DNA of 56,478 nucleotides, counting the filler, from Fonticula-like sp. SCN 57-25 (Eukaryota), in the NCBI GenBank assembly GCA_001724245.1. It is 3 parts of 3 records of this genome, joined end to end, with 100 filler letters (N's around TTAATTAATTAA, not from the genome) between each part and the next. Parts side by side here need not be neighbours in the genome. Positions count along the whole stretch, not along the records: positions 39,678 to 56,478 come from MEDX01000124.1; 2 more parts are not named here. One strand, 5' to 3'. Shown one piece after another: positions 45,589 through 56,478 of the stretch. The notes below the pieces were generated by a model. That model saw only the letters and a program-made list of their open reading frames with translations. It did not search any database and was not told where the DNA came from. The first letter of the stretch is position 1. The number at the start of each line of letters is the position of its first letter. Position numbers and translations under genes: made by a program.

Positions 45589-47322
45589 CTAGTGCCCAAC
45601 GACCGCCGCCGGCTGCTCTGCGCGCGCCCCCTGCCCGCCTACCGTCGACGCGCGCCCCATGGAAAGGTCAAAGTACTGGTTCGGGTGCGTGATGGTCGGC
45701 ACCTGGTTGCCGTCGGGCTTGTGCGTCGCCTCGTAGTAGCGCGTGCACGCAAACTGGTAGTGCTGATTGCGCACAAGGTCAATGATTTCATTGATGCTGC
45801 TGTCGGGCACCTCGAGTCCGCTGCACACATGTTAGATAACAGACATCAAAGTATGTAAAAAAGTGTGCGTACCGCATGGTGGCGCGCAGGTTGTCGGCGT
45901 CGTAGCTGCGGAAAGGGCAGCCGTGGTGGTCGCCCGCGCCCGGCGGGTTGTTCATGATCATGCGCATGCAGCTATTTTGCCTCTGTGTGAGCGCGCCAAA
46001 GCAACATAACAAATTTGATATGCGCACTCGTAAGGCTTAAAGTCCTCGCGCTTGCCCTCCTGGCCATAATTGTAGCGCACATTGTACGCGTACTGCTTGT
46101 TGAACTTGTCGTCCGAGATCTTTGCCGAGAAGGCGCGGCGCCAGTAGATGAGCGACTCTTGCAGGTCCAGCCCCATGCCCTTGAGGAAGAGGCCCAGCTG
46201 GATACGGCCAAAGTGGCGCAGGTGGCTGTCGTGAACAAGATTCGAGTGCATGTCGCGCATGCACAGCGGGAAATGTTGCACAAGCTATTCAAATGCAAGC
46301 ACAGATGAGCCAAACAGCAGCAACAAAAAATGACGTACAGAGTCGACCTGGTCGGCCGTGATTGCCTCGCCGCCCGTCCGCGAAATGTAGTCGGGCGCGC
46401 TCGACTGGCGCGTGAGCTCGATGAGCTTGGGCAGCAGGCGGTCGTCCTCCTCGAGCAGCGGCAGCACGCGGTGAGTCGCCTCGAGCGCGGCGCGCAGCTC
46501 AGTGCGGAAGATGTTGACAAGGATCGTCACGAGATCCGACGCGGCAACGTAAGCCTCGCCGGCCTTGACGTACACGCGGCGCGAGCGGACAAGCTCGGGA
46601 ACGTCCTCGAACGGGACGCGGTAGAAATCTTCGTTCTCGACATTCGGTACGTGGCTGCAGGCGGCGTAGAGCTCGCCGCGAAGCGACTCTTTTTCAGAAT
46701 CTGTCACCTGATGCCGCTGTCAGACACACAAAAAAGGGTAAGGAAAAGGGACGTACGACGCGGACAGAGAGGTTGTTGGCAGCCATAAAGTCATTGCGAT
46801 CCTTGAGGGGCTCGTAGTTGAAGCGATGGCGGAACAGCGCCACCTCCTGCGCGACAAACCAGCGGCGCAGATCTTCACTGCAAAACAAAGAAACACATGA
46901 GTGTCATAAAAAAGATGGCAATGGCGATGCGTACGTGCGGCAGTACGCGAGGCGGAGGATGAAATGCGAAATGTGATCCTTGCGGCGCTCCTGGTCGAGA
47001 ATCGTGGGGTCCGCAGCGGTAAGATGCAGTGGGAGGTACTTGTCCTCGGCCGCCTGCACTAACCGGCGAAAGTCGTCTTCATTTCCTTTGCGCACAACAG
47101 CAGACTCTACAACACGCAAAACTGTGACGCGCAATGTTTAGCCGCCATCGTACCATCGGTATCATGCGTACCATGCAGACGATCTGCCGCACAGCTTTCA
47201 AGCTCGTCGATTTCAATCTCCATCTCGGGATGCTGGCGGTAAAACTGAAGTCGTGTTGGGTATTTGTTGGGACCCCGCTTGGCCGCGCGGCCAATCCGCG
47301 CGCGCCCACCTACCGCCTGCAT
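45589..47322 (-). CDS. PRIM2: DNA primase large subunit; multi-exon
   Basis: RRKDHISHFILRLAYC; HFPLCM; HLRHFGRIQLGLFLKG; YAYNVRYNYG; GDHHGCPF; HYQFAC; HPNQYF. Confidence 0.96.
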
Positions 47323-47358
47323 CGCTCCTGGTGCACTGTCGGCGCGCGTTCACTCGAA

Positions 47359-47400
47359 TTTTGGCGCCAAAAAATCGCAACCCAAAAAAGGAGACCAATC
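47359..47400. promoter_or_regulatory. Palindromic E2F-type site plus CCAAT box upstream of PRIM2
   Basis: TTTTGGCGCCAAAA at 47359-47372, ~36 bp from the ATG; CCAATC at 47395-47400. Confidence 0.55.
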
Positions 47401-47770
47401 GCTAAACGCATGCGATTTCTGTGACTTCAACCATGATTTTTTACCAAGATTTTCTGAAGATGTAGACACTGCAAACGCGGCCCGTATTATCAGCCACTAA
47501 ATTTTGATAATTGTTCATAGTATATTTACATCTGCATGCGAGGAAATACACAACCAGAGCAGCAGCCCTCACCTCGGTCCAAGCACGCCATACATCTCAC
47601 GGCTGCCCCGGGCCAACCCGCGCATCGATCGCACGACCTAACAAAACACCACACACTACAGACGCGCGTCACAACATATATCGATCGCCGCCATAGAAAG
47701 CAACAGCATACAAAGCAATATTACCTAATAACATACTAAATTCACGACGAAAAATGTATCGTTTCGCTTC

Positions 47771-50700
47771 TTAAATCTCCTCGTCCTCGTTCCAGTTAAA
47801 GTACTGGATCCACGAGCGGACGACGTGGGTCGACTGGTGGTTGAGCCCGTACACTCTCCTGCGGATGCGCAGCGACCTAAAGAGGCAGCGCTTTGCCTGC
47901 GGCAGGTTCATGAGCTTGCCGTAGCATACGCCGAGGTTGAACAGGAACAGGGCAACGTCGGGGTGCTCGCTGCCAAAGATCGCCTCGCGGATCTCAATGG
48001 CCTTGCGGTAAAATTCGGCCGCCTTTTGCAGCTGATTATCTATTAAATACGTGTTAGAACAAAATAATCAAATTAAAGAGGGCGTTGAATATTCAAAAAG
48101 CGCACTTTTAGAGTAGACAAGGCCGAGGTTGTTGAGCGTCATAGCGAGCTCGTTGTGGTCCTTTCCATAGTGCTTCTCCTTGATGGCGAGTGCCTTGAGG
48201 TACATTTCCTCAGAGTCCTTGAGCCTGTTGCTGTGGCTCGAGTACAGCAGCCCGAGGTTGTGGTACGTAATGGCCACGTCGGGGTGCTCTGGCCCCGACA
48301 CCTGCTTGTAGATCTCGAGCGCGCGCTTGTACGTCGGCTCCGCCTCCTGCCACCGCCCCATCTTTTCATAGATCAGCGCGAGGTTGTTGAGCGAGATTGC
48401 AATGTCGTGGTCCTCGCGCCCGCCCTTTGCCATCTCGCGGATCTCGAGCGACCGCTTCCACATGTGCAGCGTCTCCTCATTGCGCCCGAGGCGGAAGAAA
48501 AGTCGGCCAAGCTCGTTCATCGTCGTCGCCACCTCAACAGAGTTTTCGCCAAACTCGACGCGCTTGGTGCGCAGCGCCTTTTCAAAAAAGTAGATTGCCT
48601 CGTTGTAGTGCCCGCCGTCGCGGATGTACTCGCCAATCTTGTGCGCCAGGCGCGCGATCTCCTTTTGGTTGCAGAGCGCGTCGGCCTCGTAGGCGTCGAG
48701 GCTCGCGCGGTACAGCAGCGAAATCTCCTGGCTCGGCGCGGCGGTCGCCACCCAGTAGCGGAAGAGGTCGTACTTGCGCTCCTTGTGGAAGAGGCGGTCA
48801 AACAGGCGGATGTTGGAGATGCACAGCTTGAGCTGCTCAAGGTCGTTCACAGACTCGAGCAGGCACGGCAGCTCGTCCACGACGCGCTGGCCGACACACC
48901 CGTCGTGCATCTTTTTGCTGAAATAGTTGATGAGCTTTTGGTACGCGTTCAGGCGGTCGACCGAGCTCTTGAAGAAGCGCGCGCCGACGGCCTGCTTGAG
49001 GCCCTCGTGCAGGAACGTGATGAGGCCGCAGCGCGTGATCAGCGACGGAGCGAGGGCCTCGTGGAGGCGCGACCAGATCGTGCTCTCAATGCCGAGCATC
49101 TCTTCAATCTCAGTCTCGCTCAGACCGGAACGCGACACGTAAAGGCACGTCAAAAAGTCGGACACGACCGACGTGTCCTCAAAGTCTTCCTCGACCATCA
49201 CAATGACCTGGCCAAAGAGGGCGGCGGCGTCGGGCGCGCGGAGGAACATGGTGACTTTTTCTTCGAGGGGGCGCGACTTGGCGAGGCGGGGGAGGTGCTC
49301 GGTGAGGATGGTGAGGTAGAGGGGGTTGTCGGTTTGGGGGGCAGAGATGATGTGCTCGATGAGGGCATGGGAGACATGGAAGCGGCGGTGCTGCAGAATG
49401 CGGCGGATCACGCGGCCTGAAAAGGAAATTGTTAGCAAATCAAAAGCAACAGGGCAAATACAGAGCAAATAGGGCAAAAAGGGTACCACAATCACCAAAC
49501 ACAACATCAATACATCAAGCAACAAAAAACATTATATCGTCAACGCACTCTTTTCGAGCGGCCCGAGCGGGTTAAGCGGAAGATCCTTCCACCGCCTCTT
49601 TTCAAACAACTCTGTGGCGAGGGTCGCATTTGTATTGCGCGTCGACAGCACCATCTGCACATTAGGCGGGAGCGTCGTCGGCAGCCACGCGAGCCCCTGC
49701 GCGCTGTCCTTTTCGTCGAGCTGGTCGAGCCCGTCGAGCACGATAATGATTGGCCGGCTCGCCGCCGCCATGGACAGCCACGTTGGGAACTTGTTGATGA
49801 GGTGGCTGCGCTGCGTCGGGACGTCCTCGTTGATGCCGCCGTGGAAGCGCAGCAGGCACATCATACGGTAGAGGATCATGAGGTAGTCGGTCGAGTGCGC
49901 CGGCGTGCCAATAAAGTGGTAGATGATCATTGTGTCGGCGCGCTGGCGGCAGTGGCGCAGGATCCAGTGCGTGAGGACGGTCGACTTTCCGCTGCCCGAC
50001 TCGCCGACGACGACGAGCGGCCCGCCGACCTGCGCGAGGTGGTAGTCCATGTGCAGCAGGATAGAGTTGCACTCGACGTGCGTCTGCGCGTGCGTCAGCA
50101 TAAACGTTTCGTGCTGCGCCACCTCGCGGTCCTTGATGGCCATGAGCACAAGCTGGCGCCACGCGCGGCACACGGACGAGCAGTAGCACGAGAGCGTCCG
50201 CGTGTCGACAAAGGAAAAGATGTGCAAGAGAAGCTCGTTCGCGAGCGGCATCGTGCTGTAAATGTCAGAGTCGCTGCTCAGCGTGCGCTGGCTCGCCGTC
50301 CGGCCGAGGTACGAGTTGACCATCATGGCGTCCCAGGAGAGGACGCCGCCCAGCGACGAGGAGCCGCCGCCGGCCTCGTAGGGGGCGCGCGACGAGGGGC
50401 CCTTGCCGCGGGGGCGCAGCTTGTACCCGTCGGCGCCGAGCGCGCTCTGGGCGCCGGTGGAAGGCGCGCTGGCGGTGCGCTTCAGGAGAAGGGACGCAGA
50501 GCCGGACGCCTCGGCGTCAGAGGTCGGCGCGCGGTGCATAGTTGTTGACATTGTTGTTGGTTCGTCGACGGCAGGCGTCGGCGACTCGCTACAAGCACTT
50601 GTCAACAGAGCGTAAAAGTATAAAATTTCACGCACGTAGCGTCAACTAGGGGACGCAAGGACGAGCCCCAGACCTTGTCAAAGATGTACCCGACGATGGC

Positions 50701-51057
50701 GGCTACGAGCGCGGCTTTAGCAAGGCCATAAAAATGCGCGGGAAAAAGAAGCAGGAGCGGCAGAAGCAGCCCAGAGAGCGGCAGAAGAAGAGACAAGCCG
50801 CTATAGTATGGGAAACATAACATACTTGAATTCTGAGTTACGAGGCGCGTCCACCAGCTGGACGATTCTCTTCTTGGCTCGGTAGCCTCGGGATTGCTCA
50901 CAGGCGGATCGGCTTGCGACAGAATCGGGTGAGCAAACAGTTACCCGAGCACAGCACAACACAGCACAGCAAACAATAAAGATGAAAGACAATAAAGATG
51001 GCAGACAATAAAGGGCATCCGCGACGTACGATCTCCCTGCGCCGGTGACGACTGCAT
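47771..51057 (-). CDS. Hydrophobic N-terminus + F-box + NACHT-like STAND NTPase + TPR repeats (NPHP3-like core); 4 coding introns
   Basis: LANELLLHIFSFV...VCRAWRQL; GESGSGKS; IIIVLDGLDQL; NPLYL; GLSETE; KLC-type TPRs (HPDVAITYHNLG). Upstream exons splice in frame from ATG 51057, which has an in-frame stop upstream. Confidence 0.82.
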
Positions 51058-51715
51058 GCCGGAGAACTAACGTGGGGTCGTAGGGCCAGTGTCCTATAAC
51101 GTTAAGGAGATCGCGACGCAAATCTGCCGTAGAAAAGGACAGAGAGGACAGAGGATAGCGTTAGCAGCTTAACCCATACGGGGGAATACGCCGCGCCCCT
51201 ACCACGGGGGTGACGACAATACCCCTACCCAAGTGGCGCACCTGGCAGACAACGAGCGCGGGAAACCAAGCGTCGCCTGGCGTTAACGACGGAAGCAAAG
51301 GAAGAGCAAAAATGGAACGGGCTTAACGCAAAACGCTCAAAAGTATAGCAAAACTAGACCGATGCCACAAGGATGCCAACCGTCTGCCTGTCTGCACGAT
51401 TGTTGGTGACAGCTGGAAGACTAGGCCGAACGGGGGTCAATTTAAACATGACGTAATCAGATTGCTAATCTGGGATGATGTCATCGGGGAGAATATTTTA
51501 GTTGTGATGCCGCGTCCCCCAAAGGAGTAACAGATTCCTTTGAATACATTTGACCACTGCGCAGTATCATAAGACTGTAGAAGAGTTACTGTGGATATAA
51601 AGTGGTGTAAATTGATGTAGTATTAATGTGTTATTATACAATTTATCAATAAGTATAGTATATCATGGTATAAGTTGAACAACATGTAGTTTAAAAATGC
51701 GTCGGTTGAGCGCGA

Positions 51716-52726
51716 TTAACCCGTGTAAAACGGCGGCGGCGCCACAAAGTGCGGCGGTATCCCACTGCCAAGATGCGGCGAAACAGAAGGCACTAAATAT
51801 GCGTCCCATTCCCGGCGGACTCGAATAAGCCCCGCAATGCTCCTCGACCCCTGCTCGTAGTACCGCTTGAACGGGTTGGCCTTGCGCCGTTTCCGCTTCC
51901 GCGGCGGCAGTTTCGGCTCAGGTGTCGGTTCCGGAACAGCTGGCAAGCGCAGCGCTTGCTTCAGGTCCGCCAGCTTTGACTTTGCCGCCGCCAGCAGCCC
52001 GTCGGCGTGCGCGTGCAGGTCGGTGGCCGCCTGGTCAAACGCCGCATCCTGCACGACGTCAAAGTGGCCTTTTCGCCGCGCTTTTTCGCCACGCAGCGCG
52101 CGCAGTTTTACCAACGCGTCCAGCGTGCTCGTCTGCTCCTTTAGTGTAAAAATCTGACGGCGAACCTGACGAAATTGGGACGCGCTCGCTGCGCGCGCTT
52201 CGGCCGCCTTCTTCTCGGCAGCAAGGCGGGCCGTCTCGGCGGCAAACCGCTCCTCGACAGCCGCGATACGCCACCGGCGCGCGTCGGCAGCTTCGGCGCG
52301 CTCTATTTTCTTCTTTTCGATGCGGCGCGCGCGCCACCGCTGCTTGCGCGATGCCCTGTCGTGCCGACTCGCAGTAGGTAAGACGACCGACTGTACCGCT
52401 TCCTGCACCCGCTTGGCCTCGTCCAATGCCGCAGCGCGCTCATTTTCATTCAAACCTCTTTCCAAAAGCGACGAAATCGCCTCGAGCCGATCAAGATCCC
52501 TCTTCATGGCCAGCTCCGGCGGCACGATGGCCTCCCCTGCGCGCGCGGCCGCCATGCGCTCTTCTGTCCATGTCTTGAACCAGGCGCGATCCCGCTCGGC
52601 CACACTTGGCGCGTCCATGCCGCGAGCGACCCCGGGCGACGCCACATTCGGGCATTGCGTCGCCCAGTGGCCCGGCTGATCGCACCGCGGGCACAGGTAG
52701 CCGATACCCGGCGGTCCCCGCAGCAT
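51716..52726 (-). CDS. Zinc-knuckle protein with PDCD7 (U11/U12 snRNP 59K)-like C-terminus; intronless
   Basis: CPRCDQPGHWATQC; coiled coil; YYEQG...LIRVRREWDAYL...GSGIPPHFVAPP. Confidence 0.7.
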   Translation of the reverse strand: MLRGPPGIGYLCPRCDQPGHWATQCPNVASPGVARGMDAPSVAERDRAWFKTWTEERMAAARAGEAIVPPELAMKRDLDRLEAISSLLERGLNENERAAALDEAKRVQEAVQSVVLPTASRHDRASRKQRWRARRIEKKKIERAEAADARRWRIAAVEERFAAETARLAAEKKAAEARAASASQFRQVRRQIFTLKEQTSTLDALVKLRALRGEKARRKGHFDVVQDAAFDQAATDLHAHADGLLAAAKSKLADLKQALRLPAVPEPTPEPKLPPRKRKRRKANPFKRYYEQGSRSIAGLIRVRREWDAYLVPSVSPHLGSGIPPHFVAPPPFYTG

Positions 52727-52810
52727 GTTTGGCGGCGTTTGGCGGGCCAGCCAAATCGTGTGTCATCGAATCCACGTGGTCCAAATTGGTCATCACCGGC
52801 CGCCGCGGGG

Positions 52811-55367
52811 ATGGCGACAGGCACGTACCAATCGACGTCGACCATCGACGTCGAGACGAACCTTCTTGTTGAGCATGACGACCGCGACCTGCCTCATACG
52901 CAGTCCTCAAAGTGCCGCCGCTATGCGCCCGCCATTGGCCTCGCCGTTTTCGTCGTCGTATCCGTCGCTATTCTTCGTACGCCATCCCGCGGTTTTTTTT
53001 AGAATCACCCCCCCTTACCATCGCGCGTGATTGCCTGAAGTCCCCATCTCGCTGGTCGTACTAAGGAGCGACGAGGCTGCTCAGGGCCTCAACGGCATGG
53101 TGGCGACTGAGGAGCCGCGCTGCTCCGAGATTGGCAAGCAGGTCCTCGTCGATGGCGGCAGCGCGACCGATGCCGCCATCGCTGCCGGCCTCTGCGTCGG
53201 CGTCCTCAACAACTTTGGTTCGACATTTAATTTATTTCTCTTTGTGACATGCTGACATGACGTGCGCAGCATCTGGTATTGGCGGCGGCGGCTTTTTGCT
53301 CGTGCGCGACCAGGACGACCGTAACCATGTATTTGATTTTCGCGAGGAGGCGCCCGCCGCCGCGCACAAGGACATGTTTGTTGACCAACTTGACGTGCGC
53401 ATCGAACAAAGCTATATTTTATCTAACAATAGCGCAGCTGGGCGTGTTTGGCGGCCTTGCTTCGGGCGTCCCCGGCGAAGTCCGCGGCTACTACGAGGCG
53501 CACGCCATGTACGGCAAGCTCGAATGGAAGCGCCTCTTTGAGCCCTCTATCGGTACGTACACTCTAAAAATATGATTTTTGACCGATTTTTTACTCTTTT
53601 TACATCATTTTTAACCATTTTTCACGTATTTTCTGCACTTTTCCTTATCAGCACTTGCACGCGACGGCTTCCAAGTGAGCAGCATTCTCGCCCAGCGCCT
53701 CACCCAGATCCCCGACCTCGTCCTCAGCGACCCCCTATGGGGCGCCTCCTATGCCGTCAACGGCCGCGTGGCCGTCGAGGGCGACACCATTTACCGCACA
53801 GCGCTCGCCAGCACGCTCCAAATCATCGCCGAGCAAGGCCCTGACGGTACTTTTGGCTTTTTTTACCCATTTTTGGGTGCTTTTTGGTACATTTTCACCT
53901 AACAAATCTATTTTTAACCAGGTTTTTACGCTGGCCCGATTGCCGAATCCATTATTGAAGCGCTTCGCTCCACTGGCGGCAACATGACGCTCCAAGATCT
54001 TGCCGAGTACCAAGTCAAAGTTAGGGAGCCGCTCATTGGCTTTTACCGCGGCAAGCGCGTGCTGACGAGCCCGCCGCCGAGCAGCGGTGCCGTGCTTCTC
54101 TTTTTGCTCAATGTCATGGAGGGATATCCGCTCAGTGCGGAAGGGCCGACGGTTCTTTCCCATCAATAGTACGCACAATTATGTTATCTTTTGTGCAATT
54201 TACAGTGTGGAATTTTTACATTGGTGTTTGTGCAATTTACATTGTTGTTTGTGCGTTCAGTGACTAAACATTATGTTTTTGTAGCATTACAGAGGCGATG
54301 AAGTTTGCGTATGCGCAGCGCAGCTACCTCGGCGACCCCGACTTTGTCGTCAACATGACATCGACACTTGACCGCATCATGTCAAAGGAATTTGCCTATC
54401 AAGTCCGCCGCAACATTTCCGACGTACGCTATTCATGTTCATATTTAAAACGACAATGGGAAACTAACCGATTTGTAGTCGGTTACGCACCCGCCAGAGT
54501 ATTATGGCGGCGAATACGAGATTGAAGAGACGCCCGGAACGACTCACATTTCCGTTCTTGACCGTAACGGCAACGTCGCCTCGCTCACCAGCACGGTACG
54601 ACTCATTTTTAAATATAAACACCTTTTTCTGCACATTTCTGTATATTCCTGTATCTAAAACTGACATATTTACTTTGCCTCAGGTGAATCTTGCGTGGGG
54701 CTCGAGGGTGATGACGACGAGCGGCATCATTATGAACAATCAGATGGACGACTTTAGCACGCCAGGCACGGAAAACGCGTACGGCCTTCGCGCGTCGCCG
54801 GCCAACTTTATTGCGGCAAAGAAGCGGCCGCTGTCGTCGTCGGTGCCGGTGGCCATGTTTGATGATGAGCAGCCGACGTTTGTGGCGGGGGCGTCGGGAG
54901 GATCGCGCATCATTACCGGCACTTTTTATGTACGTTGGGGCTATTTTGTGTGCTTTTTTGTACTTTTTTGTGTGTTTTTGTTCATTTTTGTTCATTTTTG
55001 TCGCATTTTGTGCACTTTTTATCACTATTTTTGTGTGTTTTGACCACTTTTTATCATCATTTTTGTTCACTTTTCACTAACTTTCCCTACCCAACAGACC
55101 CTTCTCAACTATGCCGACTTTCACAGGGACCTTCTTAGCGCCGTCAAGCAGCCGCGCATCCACCACCAGCTGTACCCCAACCAGGTCGACCTCGAGCACG
55201 GCTTTAGCGCGTCGGTCGGCGACGGCCTCACCAAGAACGGCCACGTGGTCAACAGGCAGGAAGAAGGCGCGAGCATGTCTGTGGTACAGGCGGTCGCGCG
55301 CGGCTTTGATGGGACGCTGTTTGGCGCGTCGGACCCGAGAAAGAACGGGCTGGCGGTCGGGTTTTAG
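52811..55367 (+). CDS. GGT: Gamma-glutamyltranspeptidase, type II membrane protein; multi-exon
   Basis: N-terminal TM; GGSATDAAIA; SGIGGGGF; FDFREEAP; GVPGE; MKFAYAQRSYLGDP; GTTHIS (nucleophile Thr); NNQMDDFS; KRPLSS; GASGGSRI; SDPRKNG. Confidence 0.95.
54940..55070. repeat. Phased T-tracts at ~10-11 bp, intronic
   Basis: tttttgttca/ttttgtgtgc units. Confidence 0.7.
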
Positions 55368-55649
55368 ACATGTGCCATTGTGGTCAGGTAGTGAAATGTA
55401 TTAATAAAACGTGTTGCTTTGTTGGTTTTAATTGAGAAATTATGAGTGGGGATGTGCGGCGATATAGGGCATATGGCAATATGGCATCGTGCAGGCCAAC
55501 AACCACAACATTCATATTTGCGGCAAAGAATGGCCATGAATCAGCCATGAATCAGCCACTTGTTGTGTCAGCAAATGCAAAAATTACCAACGTTTCTCGC
55601 TCAAATAAATCGTTTCTGTCGATGGGGCCAATTTTTGGAAGGATTCGGT

Positions 55650-55925
55650 TTGATGAGGAGGAATAAAAAGGGGTCCGAAACGCCTTATAAAATGGCCATT
55701 TCCAATTGATTGTGTTTTCGTGGGGGATTACAATCTCTGAGGAGGAATATTCCTGGCCAAAAACCGCCGAATTATGAAAGAAAATGAATGTTACAATGAA
55801 ACGTCGTTTTCGTGGGGATTATGATATTCTGACGAGGAATATTCCCATAAAAGGAAGGATTGCTGGCAGACAAACACCACCGAATCCTTCAAGAAAATGG
55901 ACCTTCCAATAAAACGTAATTTTCA
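55650..55925. repeat. Degenerate ~95-110-bp direct repeat, 2-3 copies, intergenic
   Basis: ttttcgtgggg(g)atta...tctga.gaggaatattcc...accNccgaat...aagaaaatg...caatNaaacgt occurs twice, with a partial copy upstream. Confidence 0.65.
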
Positions 55926-56478
55926 TCAAGTATTGAGGGGTTAAGGCCGTAATCTGGCTTTATACAAAAAAGGAAAAAGGAAGAGAAGAGGACGGCCTTG
56001 TACAAAAAAGGAAAGACCCTAAACGCGTGCTGGATAATATGATGGTTTGAAACCGACCTGTCAAAGGTGTGAATAAAGCCAGGTGATAAAAAATAATGTC
56101 AGTGAAAAATTAATGTCGGATCCCTCAGGGATCCCTGGTCCAAACGCGCGAGAACGACCGAGTAAAAGAGCACATTTGGACATGGCTAAAATCGTCTCAA
56201 TGCAGTATATTTTGGTTTGATAGTTGTGACTCGCAATTGTCACCATTGTCACCATGCGAGAAAAAGGCTTTTGAATTAGATCCGACTGCTAGTGCCCGGG
56301 TGGTCTAGTGTTCGTAGGTGCGGCGCCAGGGTTTTCTTGCCCGGCTCTTTGTCTCGCTTGTTCTGTGTTTCCCTTGTTTTCTTTCCTGTGTGTGGACTCA
56401 CTTTGCCTCCTTTCCACCAGAGATGCTTTCGAAGATGCTGGCGATGCGCGGTGCTGCCATCGCGCGGTTCCCGCCCAA

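Noticed and set aside
29988-49420. Long antisense ORFs (29988-30725, 37286-38461, 43810-45042, 48155-49420)
   Set aside because: Shadow ORFs of GC3-rich genes with no recognisable motifs
56280-56478. GC-rich possible coding sequence at the right edge
   Set aside because: Too short to assign strand or product

Overview
Gene-dense, intron-containing eukaryotic DNA from a compact genome; the gene content looks like a unicellular opisthokont, but the taxon cannot be fixed from sequence. Three contigs (1-16401, 16502-39577, 39678-56478) are joined by artificial N44-TTAATTAATTAA-N44 spacers. I spliced 23 protein-coding genes or gene fragments by hand: an m-AAA protease, a SNF2 ATPase, a DDX3-like helicase, GPATCH11, PES1, a post-SET fragment, PMM, RIOK1, OXLD1-like, GUCD1, a 4xRRM protein, AIP-like, an LCL3-like nuclease, an NTPDase, a kinase fusion, LSD1-like, CEBPZ/NOC1, a GH38 mannosidase, a SAM-tropomodulin protein, PRIM2, an F-box-NACHT-TPR protein, PDCD7-like and GGT. 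Best candidates for new biology: (1) a PKA-like kinase fused to two serine-less alpha/beta-hydrolase domains, possibly a ligand-sensing kinase; (2) a putatively membrane-anchored F-box-STAND-TPR protein; (3) a putatively myristoylated SAM + tandem tropomodulin-LRR protein; (4) enlarged introns with ~10-11 bp periodic repeats, flanked by exons that flip from C-rich to G-rich; (5) a dominant GTRCG (+4C) splice donor. All calls are by eye from motifs; no searches were run, so novelty is unverified. CDS coordinates are gene spans including introns.
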